From positions 102,734,001-102,798,000 of the forward strand of contig NC_042997.1 in the NCBI RefSeq assembly GCF_006345805.1: 64,000 nt of DNA, in the 5' to 3' direction. Source of the DNA: Octopus sinensis (Eukaryota). The stretch's first letter is position 1, and each line of letters starts with the position of its first letter. Shown here in pieces: positions 53,571 to 64,000 of this stretch. Below the pieces are notes generated by a model. That model saw nothing but the letters and a program-made list of their open reading frames with translations. It was not told where the DNA came from and ran no database searches. A program made the position numbers and the translations under genes.

Positions 53571-53801
53571 CTTGCCAAAGAAAGCCTTACTGAAGGCAAC
53601 ATACCCAGGCAACACTGTGTCATCTGCCTACAACATTTCAAAGAGTTTGAAGAATTCACTCGTACTGAATGTTACCACTACTTTCATTGCCATTGTCTTG
53701 GAAGATATGTTGAACATTGTCTGAATGATGTCACAGAAGATGGTGCTAACTCTGCAATATCTTCAACTCCTTCAAAGATTGAGAACACTGCAGAAAAAGA
53801 G
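53571..53801 (+). CDS. RNF25: RNF25 exon 6, RING-H2 (LAKESLTEGNIPRQHCVICLQHFKEFEEFTRTECYHYFHCHCLGRYVEH...)
   Basis: Polypyrimidine tract plus cag acceptor, donor GTGATA, 231 nt open. CVIC...CYHYFHCHCL is the RNF25 RING signature. The final CxxC exon was not found in the window. Confidence 0.95.
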
Positions 53802-54814
53802 GTGATAAAATTTATGCTGTTTCTTTTTTCTTATATATTCTATGCCTGTGCTGAGGTATAGTTGATAGATCTGTATGTGAGGAACTTAAATTATTTTTGA
53901 TCATATGTGTGGCAAGATGTCCTTTCTTCTCTTCACCCTTTAACCAGCCCTATCTAAATATTCTACCAGTTTTACTTTCAAACTGGCTAAATCTGGCCAC
54001 TCACAACTGCCCCCAATGTCATTCTTAAAATAAATATTCACATTGAAATCTTGAAGCTATAATAAATTTGCACTGTTAATTCAATACAATACCCATGCTA
54101 GCATGGAGAACGGACGTTAAACGATGATGATGATGAATATATAAGCATTATATTTGATAGAATAATCTGAATGTTAAAGGGTTAAATCAAGTTGAAGGTC
54201 ACTGGAACTCCCTTTGGGTATTGCTAACCGTGTTTCTGCATCTGCAATGCTTCTCTCCAAAGTGCAGATCTGGGCAATTTATTTTTTGTGGATGACTATC
54301 AGTTCCCTGTGCATGCAAGTCTCCCTGCTCTTTGTCTCATCATTGCTAGCCAAGAGCGGTTCAATACAGGTTGATATCAGTGATGTTACAGGCATTGCTG
54401 TCATCACAAAGAGCTGGAACAAGAACTGTATGGCACACTGATGTCCTATTAGTTCAACCGATCTATTAATCTCTCATCTTAAACTGGATTGCAGAATGAT
54501 GAAAAGCAGAGTTGGCTTTGATGGGATTTGAACTTAGTGAGCAGGATATTGGAAAAAAATATTGTGAGGCATTTTGTCAACTGCTCAAATGTCTCTGCCA
54601 GTTAAACCGTCATAAAATGGGTTACCGATTTTAAATTTTATTACTTGAACGTGGCTTACCTAAAGATGCTTTTTCATTGTAAAAAACTTGGATACATGTT
54701 GCCGTGAGCAGCTTGACTTTATTGTCAGGTGATTCTTCAGCTTCAAAATATTATTTAATTAAATATTATTAGAATGTTGATGAAGGCACTTATATACCAC
54801 TAGACAACCAAAGC

Positions 54815-55164
54815 TCTCTATATATAAAGCTGAAGTTGTCTGTGTATGGCAGGTTTGGTATCCTTCAACTAACACTGTCTCCTCCGAGACCCTGTGATGC
54901 AAGTTGACCAAAATTGAGAAAAAATTCAAATTGGACCATGTTAACACCAAAAATTATTTACATCAAAAAGGTGCTTTTTTCTATGAAAATCCCTATTTTT
55001 TACGAATTTTTGACTACTGTGTCGCCATTTTTCGGTGTATTTCAACCAGAAAAATGTTCACTTAAAGCGAATAACAAGCTACATAATGCAAAATTTTTAC
55101 TTTTCAAAAATTCCAATTCTAAAGGGCCGAAACAAACCCGAGCAACTCCGGGCGATACTGCTAG
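54815..55164 (+). mobile_element. Non-autonomous Helitron, same family as 41290-41673
   Basis: TCTCTATATATAAAGCTGAAGTTG ... CCCGAGCAACTCCGGGCGATACTGCTAG|T. Has an internal deletion of about 45 bp relative to the first copy. Confidence 0.8.
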
Positions 55165-57707
55165 TCCTTGCAATAGAAGAAAAAAAAAATTTTTTTGTTA
55201 TGCAGAAATTTAAAGAGTTGTTTCCCTTGTCATCAAATTACATATGCTGCCTCTTTTGGTGAAATACGAGGGTTACACAAAAGATAGATATGAATGAAGC
55301 AAAACTGTCAAACAAGCCACCCGTACTCCTAGAGTTGGCCAGTTGCAGATGGTGATTGCCATTCTGGATAGCTTGACTAAACTCTTATTAGTTTTGGTTT
55401 TATTCTCTTACAGTTACACCTACGTTATAATTAACTTTTATTTTAGAATATCATTGTAAAATAAAATCTAATCTAGACAGCTAATTACTTTCAGATAAGT
55501 TACAAGTTATCTTTGTGTTCAAAGAGGTTTGCTTGTATAACTTGGGTTTTGGTCAAACTGCTGGAAGGGTCAAGACAACCAGTTTATCTTTCTTTGCAGG
55601 GATTTTATTTCTATTATAAGTTACTAAGCAGATTGAGCGTTAATGAAATTTTTATAAGTGACCTTTATTCAAAATTTTAACTTCAAATTCATAATCTTAT
55701 CTTCATTCTATTCCCTTTACTGATTGTTGAAACAGTTATTGCTAAAAGCTCAGTAAGCAGTAAAATTGATTATGGAATTATCCTAATTATGAATTTTCTC
55801 CACTAATATTTAGTGATTTCTGTTTAATTTTAATGGATTACAAATTATGAAAAGTTTTACTATGGTGTGAGAGGAGTAAATATTTTTACATAGTGCATTA
55901 ATAACATACTGGTATGAGTGAATTATTTGTATTTAGATAGTTTGTATATCATCTTCATCATCATCGTTTAACGTCCATTTTCCATGCTGGCATGAGTTGG
56001 ACGGTTTGACTGGGGACTGGCAAGCCAGGAGGCTGCACCAGGCTCCAATCTGATCTGTCAAGGTTTCTACAGCTGAATGCCCTTCCTAACACCAACCACT
56101 CTGAGAGTGTAGTGGGTGCTTTTTACATGTTACCAGCATGAGAGCCAGTCAGGCGGCACTGGCATCGGCCATGTTCAGATGGTGCTTTTTATGTGCCATT
56201 GGTATAGGATCCAGTTAGGGTGGGGGGCTGGCATCAACCACATTTGGATGATGCTTTTTATGTACCACCAGCACAGGGAGTCAGTCAGGCGGCACTGGCA
56301 TCAGCCACAACTACAATTTCTATTTTGATTTCGATGTGATTGAGATTCTGATTGTCATTTTGATTTTACTTGGTTCAGCAAGTCTCAAGCACAGCGTGTC
56401 ACCCAACAATTCAAAGGTACTTTTTAAATGGGCTGGTTATGTGACAGTGGTTAGGCTACAACTATGATCTCACTTTACTTGCTGAGTCTTCTCAATCATA
56501 GCATATCTCCAGAGGTCTCAGTCTCTTGTCTTTGCCTCTGTGAGGTCCAATGTTTGAAAGTAATGCTTCACCACCTCATCCCATGTCTTCCTGGGTCTCC
56601 ATCTCCCAAGAGTTCCTTTCACTGTTAGGGAGTGACACTTCTTCCCACAGCTCCCCTCGTCCATACACAGCATATGACCATACCAGCGCAGTCGTCTCTC
56701 TTGCACACCACATCTGATGCTTCTTATGTCCAACATTTCGCTCAGAGCGCTTACACTCTGTTGTGTATGCACACTGACATTTCACATCCAGTGGATCATA
56801 CTAGCTTCATTTCTTTCAGGCCTATGTATGTCCTCAACAATCATGGCCCATGTCTCACTGTCATGTAGCAGTGCAATTTGCACACATGCAGCATACTGTC
56901 TACCTTTCACTCTGAGCAAGAGGCTCTTTGTCACCAGCAGAAGTAGGAACTTTCTGAACTTTGCCCAGGCTATTCTTATTCTAGTGGCAATGCTCTCAGA
57001 GCCTCTTCCCCACTCTACAGACATGGTCACCTAGGTAGTGGAAGCTATCAACTACTTCTAGTTTCTCCTGCTGGCATGTGACGGAATCTATTTTCTGAAC
57101 ATCTCCAGTGTTTATTGTATCTGCTGCACACAAAAACTATGTTAACCTTCCTTTGATGTTGCTGCACCTCATATGCATCCATAGTTTACACTGGGTACAT
57201 CTTATAGAATTTCTACCTACACCTTTTCTACAGATCGAGCAGGGCCATCTATCTGAAGGGGTTTGTGATTTGTTTGCCTTCCTACTTACTAGGACTTGGG
57301 TTTTTGCAACATTGACTCTAAGGCCCTTCAATTCTAAACCTTGCTTCTACACCTGAAATTTCTTCTCTGGTTCTGGTAGAGATTTAGTTATGAGATCAAG
57401 GTCATCAGCATAGAGGAACTCTGAAGGGTAGCCTGTCTTGAATTTCTCTGTTATTGCTTGGAGGACTATGATGAATAAGAGGGGGCTGAGGACTGATCCT
57501 TGGTAAATCCCTACATCTACCTGGAGCTCTTCACTATACTTGTTGCTGACCCTTACCTTACTGACAGCATCCCTGTACAGCTCTTACTAACCACTTGACT
57601 ATCCCTAGTTTCCTTATCGCCCACCAGATAAGGGATTAGGGGACCCTGTCAAAGGCTTTCTTCAAGTCAACAAAAGCCAAGTATAGGGGTTTATTTTTGG
57701 CTAAGTA

Positions 57708-59287
57708 CCGTATTTGACGGCATATTAGACTCACTGACATATTAGACGCACTGACATATTAGACGCACCCTCATTTCAGCAGGTCAAATTCAGGAAAAAA
57801 AGTTTTAAGTGTATTTAAGCATATATTGTTGAAAGCAGTCTAGCAGCACATTACAAAAGCAGAAAACATTGCTGTATAAAAGCAAGCATACAAAAGGAAA
57901 GCATACAAATTACAATAGTAATCATCTTTAATCATCTTTTTAACCAGAAAACTCTTCATCATCTTCTACACCAGAAAAGTCTTCATCATCTTCAAAACAA
58001 GGAACATCTTCATCACTACTGCTGAAATCACTGTCTTCAAATAATACATCATCTTCTGTGCCATCAAGGGCATTGCTAACTAGTACACCTCTTGGAATTT
58101 TATCCTTAGGCTGAGTTTTTCTCTTAAATATCAAAAGAGGTGGCAGTTTTATGCCATCAGCACAACAGGCTAGAGCTACTGTATAGTGGGTCTTTTCATG
58201 GCCAGTGGTTTTTATCGAAACCGTTTTAGACCCTTTGACACTCACAGTCCTGTTGGATGGTACATCAAATGTGAGTGGAACTTCGTCCATATTCCCTATT
58301 TGGCCCAGTTCAAAACAAGTTTTCTTTCTTGCATTTATAACAAATCTATGAAAATCTAATATTTTTTCTTCATAATCAGCAAGCATTTTTTGTGCAATGG
58401 ATGTTTTTGTACGCATTGATAAACCCTTCCGTTTCATAAACCTGTAACACCAACCTTCTGTTCCTGCAAAGTTCTGTATCCCTCGTTGTTCTGCTACTCT
58501 CATGGCCTCATGAATTATCATTTTGGTAGATACACTTCTCCCTGAGTTTCTCTCATTAAGCACCCACGTTTTTATATCATCCTCAAGTTCTGGCCAATGT
58601 GGGGCTGGGCAACGAAGGTTATGTTTACCTTTCTGTGCTCTCATCAGCTGCTCTTCTAGCTGTCGCCAGACATGTAACATTTTTTTCTGTAGGTGGTGGC
58701 CCAAAAACCCTTGCTGCTGCTCTATTTCCATGCTCCTTGGCATAATCTACCACTCGTAGTTTGTAGGAGATTTTGTAGCTTGATCTTTTTGCTGCCATAG
58801 CCATGAGGGTGCTTGTACTGTTGTAGTGTGTTTTGTTATGATCATAAACTTTGTTGTACCAAGATATCCAACCTATCTCCGTATATACATGAACTTGCAA
58901 CGATCATGTACATTCCGTAGTTTTACTCCTCACCGTCAGATAGCATCGAGTTAGGGTTCCGATCATCTGATATTAGTAAACGTGTGTCATGGATCACAGC
59001 CTAACAATTTACGGTAGATTGCTTTGATTTTTACGATAATTTGTATTTTAAAGTAATAATACTGGTAATAATAATAATAATACTAGCTATAAAATAATGA
59101 TGCATGAGTACGGAAAATATCATTAAGGCGTTAGCGTAGGTAGAAATACTTATCGTAAGCTAGGTTAGTGAGCGTCTGGGAGAAGATTAGCCTACGGGAG
59201 GGTCTTGACTTCGCATATTAGACGCAGGGCGATTTTTTGAGCCAAATTTTTTGGAAAAAAGTGCGTCCTATATGCTGTCAAATACGG
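57708..59287 (-). mobile_element. pogo/Tigger (POGK-like) DNA transposon nested in the RTE LINE
   Basis: TIRs CCGTATTTGACGGCATA and TATGCTGTCAAATACGG, TA TSD at 57706 and 59288. The RTE RT reads LQEKY|LAKNKP across the insertion. Confidence 0.93.
57940..58806 (-). pseudogene. pogo transposase (Brinker DBD + CENP-B HTH + truncated DDE_1)
   Basis: RSSYKISYKLRVVDYAKEHGNRAAARVF, then a frameshift at a poly-A run, then WPELED, GWCYRFMKR, NMDEVPLTFD, TGHEKTHYTVAL, KLPPLLIFK. GVLV joins directly to SNALDG, so most of the DDE domain is deleted. Acidic tail. Confidence 0.88.
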
Positions 59288-62171
59288 TATTTCTCCTGCA
59301 GTTGTCTTACTAGAAATATAGCATCAGTGGTGCTTCTACCTAACACAAAACTGAACTGCATCTCATCTAGACTGACTCTGTCCCTAATTAGTTGGGCTAT
59401 GACCCTCTCAGTGACTTTCATCACCTGATCCAGCAGTTTGATACCCTTGTAGTTATTTCTATCTAAAGCATCACCTTTACCTTTGTAGCAGTTGATTATG
59501 GTGCTGCCACACCAGTCATTGGGTACTACCTGATTTACACTTTGGGTAACTAGACTATAACCCACACCACCAGATATTTTAAACATCTCAACAGTGATTC
59601 ATAATGGGCCAGGGGCTTTTCCTGTTTTCATATCCTTGATTGCTTTATCTACCAGGGTGCTATTGATTCGGGTAGCTGGTCCAACTAGGTCAACATTTGG
59701 CAGGCACTCTTCCTCCCATTCATTCTCCACATTCAGCAGTCTTTCATCTACAAAGCTCTTTCTTTGCAGAATCATTAAAAGCAAGTGCACCATCATCCAT
59801 GTGGACACATTTCTTTCCTGTAACATCACAATTTTCTCTCGCACACTGTCTTGCAATCCGAAATACTTCAGTTCTTTGGTCCTCATATCACCAACTTCTT
59901 TTCTGCTTCTCCCTTGGCTATATATACCTGCCTCCCTGCTTCCCCTCTGGCTATCTGGTACAGTTCCCTGCTACCCTAACTCTTCCACGTTTTCCAGGCC
60001 TGTTTCTTTGCTCTAATGGCACTGTCTACCATATTTTTCCACCACCACATTACCTGGAAGGGACTTTGTACCAGCCACAGATCTAATCTGTGGCACTCAG
60101 TAAGCTGTCACATAGGAATTTCCAGTTACTCTCTGTGTCACAAGTCTGTAGCTCCTCCTCCCTCTCATCATATTTATCAATGAGGATGTCTCTAAGTCTC
60201 TGACCGTGTGAAGGGTTCTTAAGCTTCCACATCCTTCTCTTCTGGATTGGTCTACTTCTTGGCATTCTTCTGGCCTCAAGTCTAAAGTCACTAATGACTA
60301 GTCTATGCTGGGGTGGGGTATACATTCTTCACCAGGGAGGATCCTTGTATTTAAGAGCAATTATGCATCCCGCTGTCTGGTTACGATGGCTAGCAGACTC
60401 ACCTGATTGATAGGTTATCTGGTGGCTGTCTGGCTTCCTGAAGTTGGTGTTGCAGATTAATAGGTTGCTTGCATCACAGAACTCCTGTAGCCTAGCTTCC
60501 TCATCATTTCAGGAACCAATTCCATGGCCCCCATGAACACCATGGGAGATACCAGAGTGCCATCCAACATGCCCATTAAAATCTCCAGCCACAAAGATGA
60601 GGTCATTGCCACTCATCTTTGAGGTAACATGTAGAAGGATATCATAAAAGTGGCCCTTCTGATCATTTGGTAGGCCTGCTTGTGGGGTGTAGGCAGAGAT
60701 AATTGTAGGTATACTATTCTTCAAGCCTAGCCTGAGCTTAAGCACTCTATTGCACACCCTGACTACCTCTATGACCTTATCCACTCATTTCTCTGCAAGG
60801 AGTATGCCTACACCTACTCCAATACCTATGTGTCTTGCCTTTGAGGACCCTGGCTGAAGCTCCTCTCCACCTTATCTCTTGTATGCAGCATACATCAACA
60901 TGTCTCCGCTCAAGCATCTCTACAATCTCACTAGACCTACCTTTCAATGTGCCTACATTGACAGTGCCAGCTCTAAAAACTGGGGAAAGGAATGTGGGAG
61001 GAGGCATGGGAAGGGGAGATGTTATTCAGCACCTGAAAAGGTTTCTGTGTTCATTTGATAGACGGGCACACTTTGAACAAGCAAGGGTTATTTAAGAGCT
61101 AGTATGAAAAAACATGTAGCCAACATGGAAACACAGGAGGAAAAGAGAACTAAGTTTATTAGAGAGACTTCATTTGGAAATTACACGATGATTTAAGAAG
61201 AAAACTAAGGCTTGAAAAAAATAAGCACCCAGTCTGCCCTATAAAGTAGTTGGCATTAGGAAGGGTATCCAGCTGTAGAAACCCTGTCAGAACAGACTTT
61301 GGAGCATGATGCAGTCCTTGGTCTCATTGGATCCTGCCAAACTATCCAGTCCATGCCATCATGAAAAATGGATGTTAAATGATGACGATGATGATGATTT
61401 ATATACAATAAGATGGATGTTGGATCTAATCTATCATTTGATTTAGCACCACCCTCTGGCTCTTGGTTGCCACTCTACTGCAAGCATTCAAACCAGATCT
61501 CTGGTCTGAGAATAATTTGATATCCTGATTGCTTTTTTTCCTATTGAAGCAACCCATGTGTCATTTGCCCCCTTTTTTCCCACCAGTCTCAGAAGCTCTA
61601 TCAAAATGCCATAGGTGTTACTTTTGTTCCTCTAACTAAGTCATATATTGTTTTACTTGTTTTGACTGCAGTCATGCTGACTGCTGCCATACTGAAGCAA
61701 CACTTTTTTTAGTTGAAGAAATCAACCCCAGGACATATTCTTTGTAAGCCTGGTACTTTTCTTTGTTGACCATAATAATAATTATTTTTATTCAATAGTC
61801 TTATTTTTTGCATGTGATTTCACTGCACGACAGAGCACAGCTCTGTGTCCCTTTGGTATGTGCTGTGGTTTGTGCAAGAAAAGTAGATACATAGACTGAA
61901 AGAAGTTGATGACACTTCTCAAGGTTCATCGGCAAGACTGGATATGATGTGACTCTGTGATTGTGACTAGTCATGCCTATGGCAGACAAAACTTATGCCC
62001 TCACAAGCGAAGACTCAATGCAAGATGCTTTGCTGCTGTAGATGTGCATGAATTCTATTGGTCTCTTTTGCCGAACTACTAAGTTATGGTGATGTAAACA
62101 CACCAACATTAGTTGCCAAGTGATGGTGGTGGGGACAAACACAGACATGCACATAAATACACGTGTGTGTG

Positions 62172-62235
<64 letters not shown>

Positions 62236-64000
62236 CACACACACACGATAGGCTTCTTTTCAGTTTCTGTCCACCAAATCCACTCACAAGGCTTTGATCA
62301 GCCTGAGGCTTTAGTAGAAGACACTTGCCCAAGGTGCCACACACAGTAGGATTGAACCTAGAACTATATGGTTGGGAAGCAAGCTTCTTACCACACAGCC
62401 ATATGTGTGGTCATGGTTATGTGATTAAGAAGGTTGCTTTGTAACCACATTGTTTTGGGTTTAGTTCCATTATGTGAAACCTTTGGCAATTGTTTTCTGT
62501 GATAGCCCTGTGCTAACCTGTACCCTAAGCATTTGTGTCTGTCTTTGTGTTTGCTTCTCACCACTGCACAAGTGGTGTTGGTTTGTATATATCCCCTTAA
62601 CTTAGCAGTTTGGCAAAAAGATACTGATAGAATAATAAAATAAGCACTGATGTTGATTTTTATCAACTAAACTCTCCAGGGTAGTGCTACAGCATAGCCG
62701 CGGTCTAATGACTGAAAAAGTAAATGAAGAAAAAATCTTAGCACCATAAAAGAGCTAAAGGCTTAGAAGGTGTCATTGCTGCAGACATTCAACCCCAATG
62801 GTACTCTGATATAACGTCATAAACAGTAATAATATTAGGTATAAAGCTGTTTACATATTTATAATTTTCATGTGTTTTTATGTTGTAGGTTGCCATTCTT
62901 GTTCTCTGGTCATTTGGCTAAATTTCTTTGATATTTAGTTGCAAGACCAAGAACTGACTAATTTTATTTTGTGAAGATGCATCAGATGTGTGTGCAAGAT
63001 AGATGACTGTGCTGGTATGGTCTTGTGTTGCCTTTGGATGTGGACAGCTGTCTGAAGAAGTGTCACACCCTAATAATGGAGGGATCCTGTGGAAGAGGTA
63101 GACTCAGGAAGACATGAGATGAGGTGATGAAACACAACCATCAAACATTGGACCCTACAGAGGCAATGACAAGCAACTGAGACCTTTGGAGATATGCTAT
63201 ACTTGAGAAGACCCAGCAAGCCAAGTGAGATCATAGCCATGGCCGATGCTCATTTAAAAGTACCCTTTGATCATCAGGCAATATGCTGTGCTTGAGAAAA
63301 ACTGTTGAGTCAAGTGAAATCGTAGTCATGGCTGATGTCAGTGCCGCCACCTGACTGGCACCTGTGCCAGTGACACATAAAAAGCATCATTCGGGTATGG
63401 CTGTGGCCAGTACTGGTGGTACATATAAAGCACCATTTGAATTTAGTCAATGCAGTGTCGCTCAACTGGTTCCTGTGCCCATGGCATGCAAAAAGCACCC
63501 ACTACACTCTCGGAGTGGTTGGTGTCAGGAAGAGCATCCAGCTGCAGAAACCTTGCCAGATCAGATTGCAGCCTCCTGGCTGATGATGGTGATAAAAATC
63601 AACATCAAATTCATCATCTTCAACATTTAATATCCATTTTCCATGCTGACATGGGTTGGATGGCTTGACAGGAATTGGCAACTCCAGGGGATGTACCAGG
63701 TTCTATAGTATGTTTTGGCTTAGCTTCATCTGGATGTCCTTCTTAACACCAACCACCCCGTATCGTGTACTAGGTACTTTTTACATGGCACCATAACCAG
63801 TGCTTTTTACGTGGTACCAACTCCTATACTAATGCTTTATATGTGGCACTTTGGTTTTAGGATCTCACTTCTGTTGTGGTGGGCAGGTCTTTTTGTGTAC
63901 AGTAATGCTCCACATATCTTAGTCCTCTGTCATCTCCTTCCTAAGGCTCAGCGTTTTGAGATCGGTCTTCATTATTTCTCTCCATGTCTTCCTGGGTCAC

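Larger units (their letters stand above)
55948..61010 (-). mobile_element. RTE-clade LINE, near full length, degenerate, interrupted by a pogo element
   Basis: GTVNVGTL...CCIQEIRW, ISAYTPQ, AGDFNGHVG (endonuclease). GKAPGP, YKGKGDALDRNNYKGIKLL, STTDAIF, LRVNVAKT, RRLRWYGH, GRWRPRKTW (RT and C-terminus). (CAT)n tail at about 55950. Smaller RTE pieces at 46330-46640 (-), 62960-63570 (+) and 63900-64000 (-). Confidence 0.92.

Noticed and set aside
53362-53724. 120-aa ORF as a gene
   Set aside because: It overlaps RNF25 exon 6 in the wrong frame. The real frame begins at the 53571 acceptor.
53802-64000. RNF25 exon 7 carrying the last RING CxxC pair
   Set aside because: Acceptor-like sites near 55599 and 62888 give no CPxCR-type peptide, so the exon is presumed to be outside the window.

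Overview
Eukaryotic, AT-rich and repeat-dense DNA. The (TA)n/(CA)n microsatellites, tRNA-derived SINEs and RTE/CR1 LINE fragments look like an octopus or other coleoid cephalopod genome (inferred from repeat style, not verified). One host gene is present: the first six coding exons of an RNF25 (AO7) RWD + RING-H2 E3 ligase on the + strand (ATG at 32308, last visible exon 53571-53801). The rest of the gene probably lies beyond the window. Mobile DNA includes a full-length young Gypsy LTR element (14820-20568, CATG TSD), a pogo transposon nested in an RTE LINE, mariner remnants, Merlin-type MITEs plus a Merlin transposase relic, non-autonomous Helitrons, a probable decayed Helitron Rep, CR1-like LINE pieces and Penelope GIY-YIG fragments. 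The most notable signals not shown by the ORF track are: (i) a cluster of type-I hammerhead ribozyme motifs in the first 25 kb, some with an intact core, some with compensatory 3-8 core variants, several inside 330-400 bp partial tandem repeats (retrozyme or Penelope pLTR-like); (ii) a duplicated array of about 39 GGTAAGCGTAACAG cores with variable (AT)n spacers in RNF25 intron 1, each resembling a 13-nt mini-intron; (iii) a perfect, loopless 178-bp palindrome; (iv) long inverted repeats in RNF25 introns; (v) a CpG-depletion boundary inside the gene. All counts and identities were made by eye.
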